Source: Clostridiales bacterium (GTDB taxonomy: Bacteria; Bacillota; Clostridia; Christensenellales; CAG-138). From it: 64,000 nucleotides of DNA. Positions 1-9,594 of the stretch are shown in pieces; the first letter of the stretch is position 1; every line of letters starts with the position of its first letter. Both the position numbers and the translations under genes were made by a program. Location of the stretch: positions 9,070 through 73,069 of the forward strand of contig JAAYUE010000083.1 in assembly GCA_012517905.1 (NCBI GenBank), given 5' to 3'. The notes beneath the pieces were generated by a model, which had not been told where the DNA came from, made no database searches, and saw only the letters and a list, made by a program, of their open reading frames with translations.

Positions 1-137
1 TTCACCAGCGGTTTCCCGCCGCCGGACGACGCCTCCTGCGGCTCCTGCCGCATGTTCTGTCTGTTCGGATCTTTGGGCGCACCGCAGTTCGGGCAAAAAT
101 TACCCTCAAACTGCGTGCCGCAGTTTTGACAGTACAT
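1..137 (-). CDS. Zinc-ribbon domain protein, N-terminal part only (gene continues past window start)
   Basis: Minus-strand ATG at 137-135 preceded by AGGGGGG RBS. Hand translation MYCQNCGTQFEGNFCPNCGAPKDP... gives two CxxC pairs. Frame stays open to position 1. Confidence 0.5.
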   Translation of the reverse strand, partial: MYCQNCGTQFEGNFCPNCGAPKDPNRQNMRQEPQEASSGGGKPLV

Positions 138-364
138 ATCATTCCCCCCTGTATGCTATGATCCTGATCGCCGATTCGAGCATATCACGCAAATCGGGCA
201 TTGACAACCGTTTTTCTCATGTTTTCTTCGAGATTCGTGCGATAGCCGAATGTGAATTAATCACACACTTCCAAGTTTTTTGGCTGTTTCATCACGCGTA
301 AACATGGTATGATCGTGTTGCAGGGTGCGACTTCGCGCCCCAGACTGAACAGGAGGAAAAATCG

Positions 365-1144
365 ATGAAAAAATTCCTGACGATATTTGTCTCTCTCATG
401 CTGGTCCTGACCGTCCTCACCGGCTGCGCCAGGGCGAAAGATACGGCGTCGTCCGCCGAAGACGCCATCACACAGGCGGCGCAGGGCGCATCGCAAAGCG
501 GCTCGAACTCGGATACCGCCGCCGCTTTTTACAGCGGATATATGGAGGAAAAGTCCGTCGTGCTCAACCGCATCACCGACGGGCTGAGCAGCAATCCGGA
601 CACCGTGATGTCCGCGCTGTCGTTTCTCGGCGCGTCGCTGAGCGATCTGTATCTCTTCCCCGCGCTGTATTTCGGCCTCGGTGAAACATCCGTTTCCACC
701 GCGCTCGCCGTGATGGGCGCAAAGGACGTAACCTACGACGAAAGCGGGAACCAGTATACCGTTACCTACAAGGATTCCGACGGGCACGTATCCGTGCTCA
801 CCGGCACCTATGACAACGGCAAGTCGCTCGTCTGCGTCGGCTCGATGGACGGCGTTGACAGCGTCTTCTCCGAAGTGTATCGCACGGCGTTTGGATACGT
901 CGGGCAGTTTTACGCGATCGCAAACGACGGCACCGCGTCGCTTTACCAGTTTGCTTTCAACGGCGAGGACGGCGTGGTCGGCCTCACCACCGGCGGCGAG
1001 CGCCCCGCGGCGCTGAACGGATCCGAAGCGGCGGACTTTCCGAAGACCGCCAAGGAATGGTACGCCATAGCGGGCGACACCATCACCGGCGTCAACGCCG
1101 AAGGCAAGGCGGTCAGCTTCGAATATACCCCGACCGACGACTGA
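365..1144 (+). CDS. Hypothetical secreted lipoprotein
   Basis: AGGAGG RBS 8 nt upstream. Signal peptide plus lipobox LTGC (MKKFLTIFVSLMLVLTVLTGC). No recognisable catalytic motif. Confidence 0.7.
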   Translation: MKKFLTIFVSLMLVLTVLTGCARAKDTASSAEDAITQAAQGASQSGSNSDTAAAFYSGYMEEKSVVLNRITDGLSSNPDTVMSALSFLGASLSDLYLFPALYFGLGETSVSTALAVMGAKDVTYDESGNQYTVTYKDSDGHVSVLTGTYDNGKSLVCVGSMDGVDSVFSEVYRTAFGYVGQFYAIANDGTASLYQFAFNGEDGVVGLTTGGERPAALNGSEAADFPKTAKEWYAIAGDTITGVNAEGKAVSFEYTPTDD

Positions 1145-1166
1145 GCGTCAAACAGGCGATAGAAAC

Positions 1167-1196
1167 CGCCGCGCGAAAATACGCGCGGCGTTTTCT
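1167..1196 (+). terminator. Intrinsic terminator after lipoprotein gene
   Basis: CGCCGCGCG-aaaata-CGCGCGGCG stem followed by TTTTCT. Confidence 0.7.
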
Positions 1197-1756
1197 ATTG
1201 AATTGATAGGAATGATTCGCAATCTTGAAGAAGCTGTCAAAATCCGTTTCAGAATCGTAACATACAGTTGATGCCCTGTTCATGATTCTCTGGTAGTATA
1301 TACATGCTCGGGAAAGAACGGCACCGTCGAGCAAAACCGACATCATTCTCCCTTTTTACGTGACAGATCCCTCTTCCTCCAAGGAATTGAAAAGAACCCG
1401 CCGTATCGACCCGAAAAGGACGTCCTGAGAAGGACGTCCTGTCAATTTTGGGCGTTCTTCGGCATGTCCCGAAGAACGTCCGATCAATTCCATTTTCACA
1501 ATAAAAAGAATGCTTCCCAATATGACTTACCGAAATGTATGTGATAAAATGAAGCATACTCCTTTTCAGAGCACAAGCGACGTTGTCGTCCCGTCATTTT
1601 CAGCAGAAATATCACCGTGCAGCGAAAATCTGAAAATTCCCGATTTTCTTGCGTTTCCTGATCAAATTCGGTCTCTTTGGGCAGATCGCTTCAAAGGAAT
1701 CGCAAAAATATGTGTTTTTCCCGCAAAATACTTGCATTTTTTATTGTAAAAAAGTG

Positions 1757-1785
1757 TTGACAGTAATCAGGTTTACCGCTAAACT
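1757..1785 (+). promoter_or_regulatory. Sigma-70-type promoter of ABC/GH65 operon
   Basis: TTGACA (1757-1762), 17-nt spacer, TAAACT (1780-1785), about 90 nt upstream of the binding-protein gene. Confidence 0.5.
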
Positions 1786-1806
1786 TAGGTTAAGCGTTCA
1801 ACCTAA
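1785..1806. promoter_or_regulatory. Palindromic operator candidate (LacI-type) abutting the -10
   Basis: TTAGGTT-aagcgttc-AACCTAA has perfect 7-bp inverted arms around a central CG. A LacI-family regulator is encoded at the end of the locus. Confidence 0.45.
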
Positions 1807-1873
1807 CAGCATATCTTTTCTTCATGTCCCTGCTTTGTCTGGCGAAACGCAAAAAAATATTGGAGGAATAACG

Positions 1874-3343
1874 ATGATGAAAAAGCTACTCAGTATTCTG
1901 CTTGTCGTCGCGCTTGCCATCGGCATGTTGTCGGCCTGTGCGACAAATACGAGCAGCTCAACGGATGTCGCCGCACCGGCGGAAACGTCCGCTGCCAGCA
2001 CCTCTACAACCGCCGCCCCCGAAGAAAAAGTTGTTTTGAAACTTGGCATCTATCCGGCGGACACGGATGAAGCCGCGATCGAGGCCATGGAAGGCGTCAT
2101 CACCCGCTTCAACGAGACGCATCCCAATGTGGAAGTGGAGCGCGCGTACTATAAGTATGCGACCGACAACATCGCCCCAATGGCGGAAGCCGGCACGCTG
2201 CCGACCATCTTTGAATCCTGGTTCACCGAGCCCCAGAAGCTCATCCGCGCCGGCTATGTCCGCGACATCACCGATCTGCTCGAAGCGCGTGGCTGGCTGG
2301 ATCTGATCACCCCCGCGATCCGTTCGCTGCTTTCCGATGCGGACGGTAAAGTGTACGGCATTCCGCGCGACGCGTATGCGCTGGGCTTAATGTGCAATGT
2401 CGAATTGTTTGAAGAAGCCGGCCTGACGAATCCCGACGGCACCATCCAGTATCCCAAGACCTGGGAAGAGCTCGCGCAGACCGGCAAAAAAATCAAGGAC
2501 GCCACCGGTTCCTCCGGCTTTGTCCTGTTGGCCGGCGAAGACCTGGGCGCTGACGGCTGGCATTTCAGCAACATCGCCTGGGCGTATGGCGCAAAGCTCG
2601 TCACCGACAACGGCGACGGCACCTATACCCCCAACCTGAACAGCAAAGAAGTCGTGGACGCCATGGAAATGGTCAAGTCCCTGAAATGGACCTATGATAT
2701 CCTGACCCCCGATCCCTTCTCCGAAGGCTGGGCGACCGGCTTTACGCAGATCGGCACCGGCGCCGCAGCCATGTACATCGGCGCCAACGACGCAGTCGAG
2801 CAGCCCACCGCCAACAACGGGCTGCCCGTGGACAAGCTCTCGCTGGTTCCCATTCCGGCCGGCCCGGGCGGACAATACTCGCTCTCCGGCGGCACGCCCT
2901 ACATGTTTGCCGCCAACGCCACGGACGCGGAGGTCAACGCCGCACTGGACTTCCTGGTCGCATTCGGCAAAGCGCCGGTCGTGGACGAGTCCACCGTTGA
3001 ATCCCTCCGTGCGCAGGCCGCCACCAAGCTCGAGCGCGGCGTACCGAACATCCAGCGCTTCCCCTGCTGGACTTCTCCGGAGATCCAGGCGGCCGAAGAC
3101 GCCGTGCTGGCCGAATACACCAACGTAAACGCCAACCTCTATGCGGACTACTTCGCCGCGGTCTCCACGGCGGGCAACCTGCACACCGAGGAGCCGGGCG
3201 ACACCCAGGCGATGTATAAAGAGCTGGGCAAGGTCATCCAGGCCGTGCTGCTGGACGAAAACTCCGATGTCCAGGCGCTTCTGGATACGGCGCAGGCAAA
3301 CTACATAGCGATCCTGCAGGAAGAGGGCATCCTGGGGAAGTAA
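1874..3343 (+). CDS. ABC sugar transporter, extracellular solute-binding lipoprotein
   Basis: Track ORF 1649..3343 trimmed to ATG 1874 after GGAGGA. Lipobox LSAC in MMKKLLSILLVVALAIGMLSAC. Followed by two MalFG-type permeases. Confidence 0.9.
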   Translation: MMKKLLSILLVVALAIGMLSACATNTSSSTDVAAPAETSAASTSTTAAPEEKVVLKLGIYPADTDEAAIEAMEGVITRFNETHPNVEVERAYYKYATDNIAPMAEAGTLPTIFESWFTEPQKLIRAGYVRDITDLLEARGWLDLITPAIRSLLSDADGKVYGIPRDAYALGLMCNVELFEEAGLTNPDGTIQYPKTWEELAQTGKKIKDATGSSGFVLLAGEDLGADGWHFSNIAWAYGAKLVTDNGDGTYTPNLNSKEVVDAMEMVKSLKWTYDILTPDPFSEGWATGFTQIGTGAAAMYIGANDAVEQPTANNGLPVDKLSLVPIPAGPGGQYSLSGGTPYMFAANATDAEVNAALDFLVAFGKAPVVDESTVESLRAQAATKLERGVPNIQRFPCWTSPEIQAAEDAVLAEYTNVNANLYADYFAAVSTAGNLHTEEPGDTQAMYKELGKVIQAVLLDENSDVQALLDTAQANYIAILQEEGILGK

Positions 3344-3433
3344 GCAACAAAGGGTAATCCCCTGCCTATTGCAAAGGAAGGGGCGGTGGTGCTGCCGCAC
3401 CGCCGCCCCTCTATATTCTGGAAGGAATTCCCC

Positions 3434-4378
3434 ATGGAGGTGCCCATTAAAATCAAAAACCATCGATGGAAACAGGATGTCACCGGTTGGCTGATCATGC
3501 TGCCGGCGCTGATACTCTTCGCGTTCTTTATCTGGGAGCCGTTGTTTGAGAGTGTGCGCCTTTCCCTGTTTGCCGCCAAAGGATACCACACCACGGACTT
3601 TGTGGGGCTGGATAACTATATCGGGCTCTTTGCCAACCCGGACTTTGCCATCGCATGGAAAAACACCTCGCTCTATGTGCTCTGTTCGCTGGTCATCGGG
3701 TTCGTCGTGCCCATCTTCATGGCGGCGATCATCACCGAATCCCCGTTTTTACGCGGCATTACGCGGGTTTCCGTGTATATGCCCAATATTCTGCCCGGCC
3801 TTGCCGTCGTGCTGATTTGGAAATTTCTCTTCAACGCAGGCGATACCGGCGTGCTGAATATCCTGCTGAAACCGTTGGGCGAACTCGTCGCCAAGATTTC
3901 CGGACAAGTCTACAAGCCGTTCAACTGGCTGACCGCGCCCGGCTGGGCGATCCCCCTCATCATCGTGATGCTGACCTGGAAAGCGGCAGGTTCCACCGCG
4001 CTGATCTATATGGCCGGGATTTCCGGCATCAATCCCGACATCATCGAGGCGGCGACCATCGACGGCGCCAAGCCGCTGCGCCGCTTTTTTTCCATCACCC
4101 TTCCCAATCTGGGGTCTTTGATTTCCACGATGTTTATCCTGCAGATCATATCTGTATTCCAGATATTATACGAACCCATGATGATCGGCGGCGTTCATAA
4201 CAATCAGGTTTCCGTCATGATGCTGGTATATGAATACGCCTTCGACAAACAGAACTATCCCAAGGCCGCCGCCATGAGCGTGCTCATCTGCATTGCGCTG
4301 CTGTTTCTCACTCTGATTTACTTCACCGTCAACAAACTGGTCAACCGGGACGATTCGAAAGGGAGGACAAAGGCATGA
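3434..4378 (+). CDS. ABC sugar transporter permease (MalF-like)
   Basis: Multi-TM protein with EAA loop EAATIDGAKPLRRFFSITLP. Start trimmed to MEVPIK. Confidence 0.88.
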   Translation: MEVPIKIKNHRWKQDVTGWLIMLPALILFAFFIWEPLFESVRLSLFAAKGYHTTDFVGLDNYIGLFANPDFAIAWKNTSLYVLCSLVIGFVVPIFMAAIITESPFLRGITRVSVYMPNILPGLAVVLIWKFLFNAGDTGVLNILLKPLGELVAKISGQVYKPFNWLTAPGWAIPLIIVMLTWKAAGSTALIYMAGISGINPDIIEAATIDGAKPLRRFFSITLPNLGSLISTMFILQIISVFQILYEPMMIGGVHNNQVSVMMLVYEYAFDKQNYPKAAAMSVLICIALLFLTLIYFTVNKLVNRDDSKGRTKA

Positions 4379-5322
4379 AAAACAGGAGGCGCTCCCAGTT
4401 TCTGGCCCGCCGCTACAGCAACAAGCAGGACGGCGTGCTGCGCGCCTACGACATGCGATCCCGCGGCAACCGGGCCTGGGCGATCGTCATATTCGTCGTT
4501 TGCCTCGCCATGATCGCCATCGTGCTCTTTCCTGTGATCTGGGTCATGCTGGCCGGGTTTAAGGACGTAAAGGAGTTTACCAGAAGCACCGCGATCATTC
4601 CGTCCAGCTTTTCCTTTTCCGAATATATCAAGACCTGGAACCAGCTGAAGTTTTCCCGCTATTACTTCAACTCCCTGGTGCTGATCATCGGCGCCATGAT
4701 CAGCGCGGTGGTGTTCAACGGACTTCTGGCATACGTCCTCGCCATTCTCAAGCCGAAAGGGCACAAGGTCGTCTTTGCGCTGGTGATGGCGACCATGCTC
4801 ATTCCGCCCACGACCAGCATCGTGGCGCAGTATGTGAACATCAATAACGTTTTGAACTGGGCGGCGAAGCTATTTCAGGTGGACAACTATCAAACCACCA
4901 TACTGCCCATGATCCCCCTGTGGCTGATCTATGGGGCGAACGCCTTCTGGCTGATACTGTTCAAGCAGTTCTTCGAAGGCTTGCCACGGGAGTATTTCGA
5001 GGCGGCGCGGATCGACGGCTGTTCGGATCTTGCCATCTTTACGCGCATCGTGCTGCCGCTGAGCAAGCCCATCCTGGTCGTGATCGCCATTTTCGCCGCT
5101 ACCGCCGCCTGGTCGGACTTCTTATTGCCCAATCTGGTGCTCGGAAACGGCCCTTGGAAGACCGTGATGGCGCGGTTGTTCGACTTTAAATCCACCATCA
5201 ACGTCCGGCCGACCGACATTGTCCGCGCGGTGGTCTTCTCCATCGTACCCCCCATGATCCTGTTTGCAATCTTTCAAAAACAGATCACCAAAGGGGTCGC
5301 CGGTGGCGGGATCAAGGGCTGA
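4375..5322 (+). CDS. ABC sugar transporter permease (MalG-like)
   Basis: ATGA start/stop overlap with the upstream permease. EAA loop EAARIDGCSDLAIFTRIVLP. Confidence 0.9.
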   Translation: MKNRRRSQFLARRYSNKQDGVLRAYDMRSRGNRAWAIVIFVVCLAMIAIVLFPVIWVMLAGFKDVKEFTRSTAIIPSSFSFSEYIKTWNQLKFSRYYFNSLVLIIGAMISAVVFNGLLAYVLAILKPKGHKVVFALVMATMLIPPTTSIVAQYVNINNVLNWAAKLFQVDNYQTTILPMIPLWLIYGANAFWLILFKQFFEGLPREYFEAARIDGCSDLAIFTRIVLPLSKPILVVIAIFAATAAWSDFLLPNLVLGNGPWKTVMARLFDFKSTINVRPTDIVRAVVFSIVPPMILFAIFQKQITKGVAGGGIKG

Positions 5323-5444
5323 CACAGATTCCGATCTGTGGGAACGGCCGGCACAAAGCGCCGTCAGAAAAATTCCGCTGCGTCTATCGCCGCGCTTGAT
5401 ATGAAGAAAACCACCCCACGGGGTGCAAGGAAGGTTTAACAACA

Positions 5445-7544
5445 ATGGGCAAATTTGCCGATCGGTATTTTGGACTCGATCCGTGGAAGATCACGGAGCA
5501 GGGATTTGACCCCGCCTATGGACGCGTGGGGGAAAGCGTTTTTTCGCTGGCCAACGAACATCTGGGCGTTCGCGGTTTTTTTGACGAAGGGTATTCCGGC
5601 GACAGCATGCCGGACTGCTACGTCAGCGGCGTATATGCCGTGGACGACAGCCTGCCCCGCTCCTACAAAGGCATCGTCACCAAGACCCATTTCATGGTCA
5701 ACACCCTCAACTGGCTGGCGGTCGATATCCGCTTTGCCGGTGAGCAGCTGGACCTTCACACGAGCCGGTTCTCCGATTTTTCGCGGGAACTGGACCTCGC
5801 GTCCGGCGTTTTGACCCGCTCCTTTGTCTGGCAGACGCAGGCGGGAAAGGAACTCCGCCTGCTGTTCCGCCGTTTTCTGGATATGGACGATATCCGCTTC
5901 GGCTGTCAGGAGATCTGCGTCACGCCGCTTGGCTTCGACGGCGAGCTCGTCATGACGCCGCGCCTCGACTGGGATGTGACGCACGAGCTCTACGACATGC
6001 GGTTTTGGGAGCTGGTATCCGAGGACGCGGACGGCCTGACGGTCCGCACCAGGGACCAGGGGTTTACCCTGTACGCCCGGCAGCGCTGCGAAGGGTTTGG
6101 CACCATCCCGCTCAAGAGCGGCCAGACCGCCGTCGTCCGCCGGGTCTGCGGCGTGGACACCAGGCCCATCTCTGACCCGATCCCCGCCTTTTCGGCCGTC
6201 GAGGAGCGCGCCGCCCGTTTCTGGAAAAAGGCGTGGCAAACGGCGGACGTGGTGATCGACGGCGATCCGGAAAACCAGCAGGGCATCCGGTTTGGCATCT
6301 TTCAGCTGATTCAGACATATGGCGGACGCGGCGAGGGGCACAACATCGGGGCCAAGGGCCTGACGGGCGAGTTTTATAACGGGCACGCGTTCTGGGACAC
6401 GGAAATCTGCTGCATGCCGTACTATCTGTTCACGAACCCCAAAGCGGCGCGATCGCTGCTGGATTTTCGCGTGAAAACGCTGCCGCAGGCGCGGGAACGG
6501 GCGCGCATGCTGGACTGCAAAGGCGCCTGCTATCCCGTGGCGACCCTCAACGGGGAGGAAGCCTGCACCCTCTGGCAGCACGCCAACCTGCAGCTTCAGC
6601 CCACCACCGCCGTGGCATATGCGCTCTGGCAGTACGTCGTCGTTACGGGAGACACGTCCTATCTGTATGACGTCGCCTTCGATATGCTCATGGAAATCGC
6701 CGTCTATCTCGCCTCGCGCGTGGGACAGAATCCCGAGACCGGGGAATACGGATACTACGGCGTGATGGGGCCGGACGAATTCCATCTGATGGTCAACAAC
6801 AACGCCTACACCAACTATATGGGAAAAAAGACGCTGCTCTTTGCGGCCGAAACGGCGGAGCGTGCGAACAAAGAACACGCCTACGACACCGCCCGCTGGC
6901 GCGAAATCGCGCAGCACATGATCCTGCCGCGGCACGGGGATCTGATTGAACAGCACGACGGCTTTTTCTCCCTGCCCCACAAGGAGATCCAGCGGATCCC
7001 CGCGGACGAGTTCCCGCTGTATCACCACTGGAGCTACGACCGCATCTACCGCTCCGACATGATCAAGCAGGCGGACACGCTGATGCTCTTTCTCCTCTGG
7101 GGGGGAGATTTTTCGCTGGCGGAGAAGCGCGCCAACTACGAATACTACGAATCCCGCACCATCCACGAGAGCAGCCTTTCGCCGTCGGTCCACTCGATTC
7201 TGGCGGCGGAGCTCGGCCTGCTGCCGGACGCGCTGCAGTTCTTCGGCTTTGCCACGCGGCTGGACTTGGACAACTATAACCGAAACGCGGGAGAGGGCCT
7301 GCACATCACCAGCATCGCCGCGGCCTGGCAAAACATCGTGGAGGGTTTTGCCGGCCTGCGCGTCGGCGAGGACGGCATCTCGCTCGCCCCTTATCTGCCG
7401 GACGGGTGGACCAGGCTCTCCTTCGCTCTGCTCTGGCGGGGAACCACTCTGCGCGTAACCGTGTCCGGGGAGTCCTGCGATATCCGCCGCGAAAGCGGAG
7501 ATCCAATCGCCCTGCGGCTTCATGGCAAAGAACTGACGGTATAG
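5445..7544 (+). CDS. GH65 glycoside phosphorylase-like enzyme (kojibiose/nigerose/maltose phosphorylase family), 699 aa
   Basis: N-terminal LANEHLGVRGFFDE, catalytic-acid segment MGPDEFHLMVNNNAYTN, and KQADTLML and HESSLSPS segments typical of GH65. AAGGAAGG RBS. Confidence 0.9.
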   Translation: MGKFADRYFGLDPWKITEQGFDPAYGRVGESVFSLANEHLGVRGFFDEGYSGDSMPDCYVSGVYAVDDSLPRSYKGIVTKTHFMVNTLNWLAVDIRFAGEQLDLHTSRFSDFSRELDLASGVLTRSFVWQTQAGKELRLLFRRFLDMDDIRFGCQEICVTPLGFDGELVMTPRLDWDVTHELYDMRFWELVSEDADGLTVRTRDQGFTLYARQRCEGFGTIPLKSGQTAVVRRVCGVDTRPISDPIPAFSAVEERAARFWKKAWQTADVVIDGDPENQQGIRFGIFQLIQTYGGRGEGHNIGAKGLTGEFYNGHAFWDTEICCMPYYLFTNPKAARSLLDFRVKTLPQARERARMLDCKGACYPVATLNGEEACTLWQHANLQLQPTTAVAYALWQYVVVTGDTSYLYDVAFDMLMEIAVYLASRVGQNPETGEYGYYGVMGPDEFHLMVNNNAYTNYMGKKTLLFAAETAERANKEHAYDTARWREIAQHMILPRHGDLIEQHDGFFSLPHKEIQRIPADEFPLYHHWSYDRIYRSDMIKQADTLMLFLLWGGDFSLAEKRANYEYYESRTIHESSLSPSVHSILAAELGLLPDALQFFGFATRLDLDNYNRNAGEGLHITSIAAAWQNIVEGFAGLRVGEDGISLAPYLPDGWTRLSFALLWRGTTLRVTVSGESCDIRRESGDPIALRLHGKELTV

Positions 7545-7545
7545 C

Positions 7546-9588
7546 ATGAACGTTTGGGAGCTCTCGCAGGAAGGATACGACCCGCAGAAGGCGGAGGAAA
7601 ACGGCAATCGGTTTTTTACGGGAAACGGGTTCGTCGGCGTCCGCGGCACGCTGGACGAGTTCAAAAAGGATCGGCTGGCCGCCTGGAATCTGGCCGGCGT
7701 CTACGACCGCCACGGCGACAACGCCTGGCGCGAACCGGTCAACGCCCCCAACGGCTTCTTTGCCGAGCTGGTCGGCGCCGGCCCCGTCCTGCGCCATGCG
7801 CAGCGGCTGGACCTGCGGCATGCCGTTCAAAGCCGCGAAACGGAATATGAAAATGCGCATCTTTCGATCGAGCGCTTTGCCAGTCAGGAAAACCCGCAGC
7901 TGCTCTGTCAGAAAATCACCGTTCGTCCCAAGGCGGGCGCGGTTACGCTGCGCTGCGGAATCGACGGAGACGTCTGGGACCTGAACGGTCCCCATCTGTT
8001 TGACTATCGCTGCGGCGAAGAAGACGGCGTATTGTTTGTAACATGCGAAACGGGCGAGCAAAAGCTGCCGATCGCCGTCCGCGACACGGTAAACCGCCCG
8101 CCGGACGCCGTCGAAACGACGGCTACCGGCGCGTTTCGCGTGTATTCCTTCAGCAAAGAAACCGTGCTGGAACGCCATATCACGATCAACGCAGCCCCCG
8201 TTTACGGGGATTATGCCGCGTCGCTGCGGCGGCATGCGGCCGCATGGGATGCGCTTTGGGCGGCGTCTCATGTGGAGCTGGAGGGCGACGAACAGGCGCA
8301 GCTCTATCTCAACGACAGCCTGTATCACCTCCACTGCATCGCCCCCCGCCACGCAAAAGGCGGGCGGAGCATTCCGGCGCGCGGCCTCTCCGGACAGACC
8401 TATAAGGGCGCGGTTTTTTGGGACACGGAGATTTTTCTGCTCCCGTTTTTTGCCTATACGGAGCCCGCGCTGGCGCGAAAGCTGGTTCAATACCGCATCG
8501 ATACGCTGCCCGGCGCGCTGCAAAAGGCGCAGGAATACGGCTATGAGGGCGCATTTTACGCCTGGGAAAGTCAGGAAGGCGGACGGGAAGGCTGCACGGA
8601 CTTCAACGTGACGGATGTGTTCACCGGCCGGCCGGTGCGCACCTATTTTCGCGACAAACAGATCCATATTTCCGGCGACATCGTCTATGCCCTCTGCAAC
8701 TATGCGGATATCACGGGCGACGAGTCCGTGCTGGAGGACGCGGGCGCGAAGGTCGTTTGTCAGGCGGCCCGATTCTATCTCTCGCGCGCGTTTCGCAAGA
8801 TCGACAGCGAGGTGCTGGAGTTTACGGATGTGATCGGCCCGGACGAGTACCACGACCGCGTGGACAACAACGCCTTCACCAACAAAATGGCGGCGTTTAC
8901 AATCCAGAAAGCGCGCGAACTGGAATCAACGCGGCATACCTGCCATCAGGATGCAGCAGACCTCGGCCGCTTCGACCGGCGCGTCCGCCAACCGAACGTG
9001 AAAGACGGGATCGTCGAGCAGTTTTCAGGATACTTTCGCCACGAGGATGTCACTCTCGCCGAGGTGAAAAGCCGGCTGAAGCACCCGCGCGAATACTGGG
9101 GCACGCCCGGCGGCGTGGCGTATCCGACCCAGATTATCAAGCAGGCGGACGTCATTGCGCTCATGCAGCTCTTTCCGGAAGAGTTCACCGATGCGCAGGT
9201 GCTGAAAAACTGGAACTACTACGAGCCCCGCACGGAACACGGCAGCTCGCTCTCCGCCTGCATGTATGCGCTGACGGCCTGCCGCGTGGGCAAGGCGGAG
9301 GAAGCGTATCCGCTGTTTTTGAAGTCCGCCGGGGCGGACGTGCGATGCGACAGCAAATCCTGGGCGGGGGACGTATACATCGGCGGCACGCATCCGGCGG
9401 CGGCGGCGGGCGCCTGGCAGATCGCCATATTCGGCTTTGCCGGCCTGTCCTCCCGCGGTGGAACGCTGATTGCAACGCCGCATCTGCCGTCCGGTATCAC
9501 AAAAATCAGCTTTCCCGTGACCTGCAGGGGCAGGCAATACCGCGTCACCGCCACGGCGGCGGGCGCTTCCATCATCGAAAGGGACTAA
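7546..9588 (+). CDS. Second GH65 glycoside phosphorylase-like enzyme, 680 aa
   Basis: ATG lies 1 nt after the upstream TAG. TGNGFVGVRG, IGPDEYHDRVDNNAFTN, KQADVIAL and EHGSSLSA segments. Confidence 0.9.
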   Translation: MNVWELSQEGYDPQKAEENGNRFFTGNGFVGVRGTLDEFKKDRLAAWNLAGVYDRHGDNAWREPVNAPNGFFAELVGAGPVLRHAQRLDLRHAVQSRETEYENAHLSIERFASQENPQLLCQKITVRPKAGAVTLRCGIDGDVWDLNGPHLFDYRCGEEDGVLFVTCETGEQKLPIAVRDTVNRPPDAVETTATGAFRVYSFSKETVLERHITINAAPVYGDYAASLRRHAAAWDALWAASHVELEGDEQAQLYLNDSLYHLHCIAPRHAKGGRSIPARGLSGQTYKGAVFWDTEIFLLPFFAYTEPALARKLVQYRIDTLPGALQKAQEYGYEGAFYAWESQEGGREGCTDFNVTDVFTGRPVRTYFRDKQIHISGDIVYALCNYADITGDESVLEDAGAKVVCQAARFYLSRAFRKIDSEVLEFTDVIGPDEYHDRVDNNAFTNKMAAFTIQKARELESTRHTCHQDAADLGRFDRRVRQPNVKDGIVEQFSGYFRHEDVTLAEVKSRLKHPREYWGTPGGVAYPTQIIKQADVIALMQLFPEEFTDAQVLKNWNYYEPRTEHGSSLSACMYALTACRVGKAEEAYPLFLKSAGADVRCDSKSWAGDVYIGGTHPAAAAGAWQIAIFGFAGLSSRGGTLIATPHLPSGITKISFPVTCRGRQYRVTATAAGASIIERD

Positions 9589-9594
9589 CCATAC

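Noticed and set aside
1249-1749. Short ORFs (102 aa minus strand, 79 aa plus strand) in the long gap upstream of the ABC operon.
   Set aside because: No RBS, odd composition, and mutually overlapping. The region is better explained as non-coding (promoter, operator and the repeat element at 1383-1491).
5436-7664. 742-aa minus-strand ORF, plus similar long antisense ORFs at 7306..8853, 9025..10188, 10296..11657, 12414..13700, 15166..16545, 17381..18580, 18847..19731, 27963..29045, 38006..39295 and 55923..57362.
   Set aside because: Each lies exactly antisense to a gene with clear family motifs. They have Arg/Gly/Ala/His-rich junk-like composition and no RBS. They are the shadow ORFs expected in high-GC DNA.
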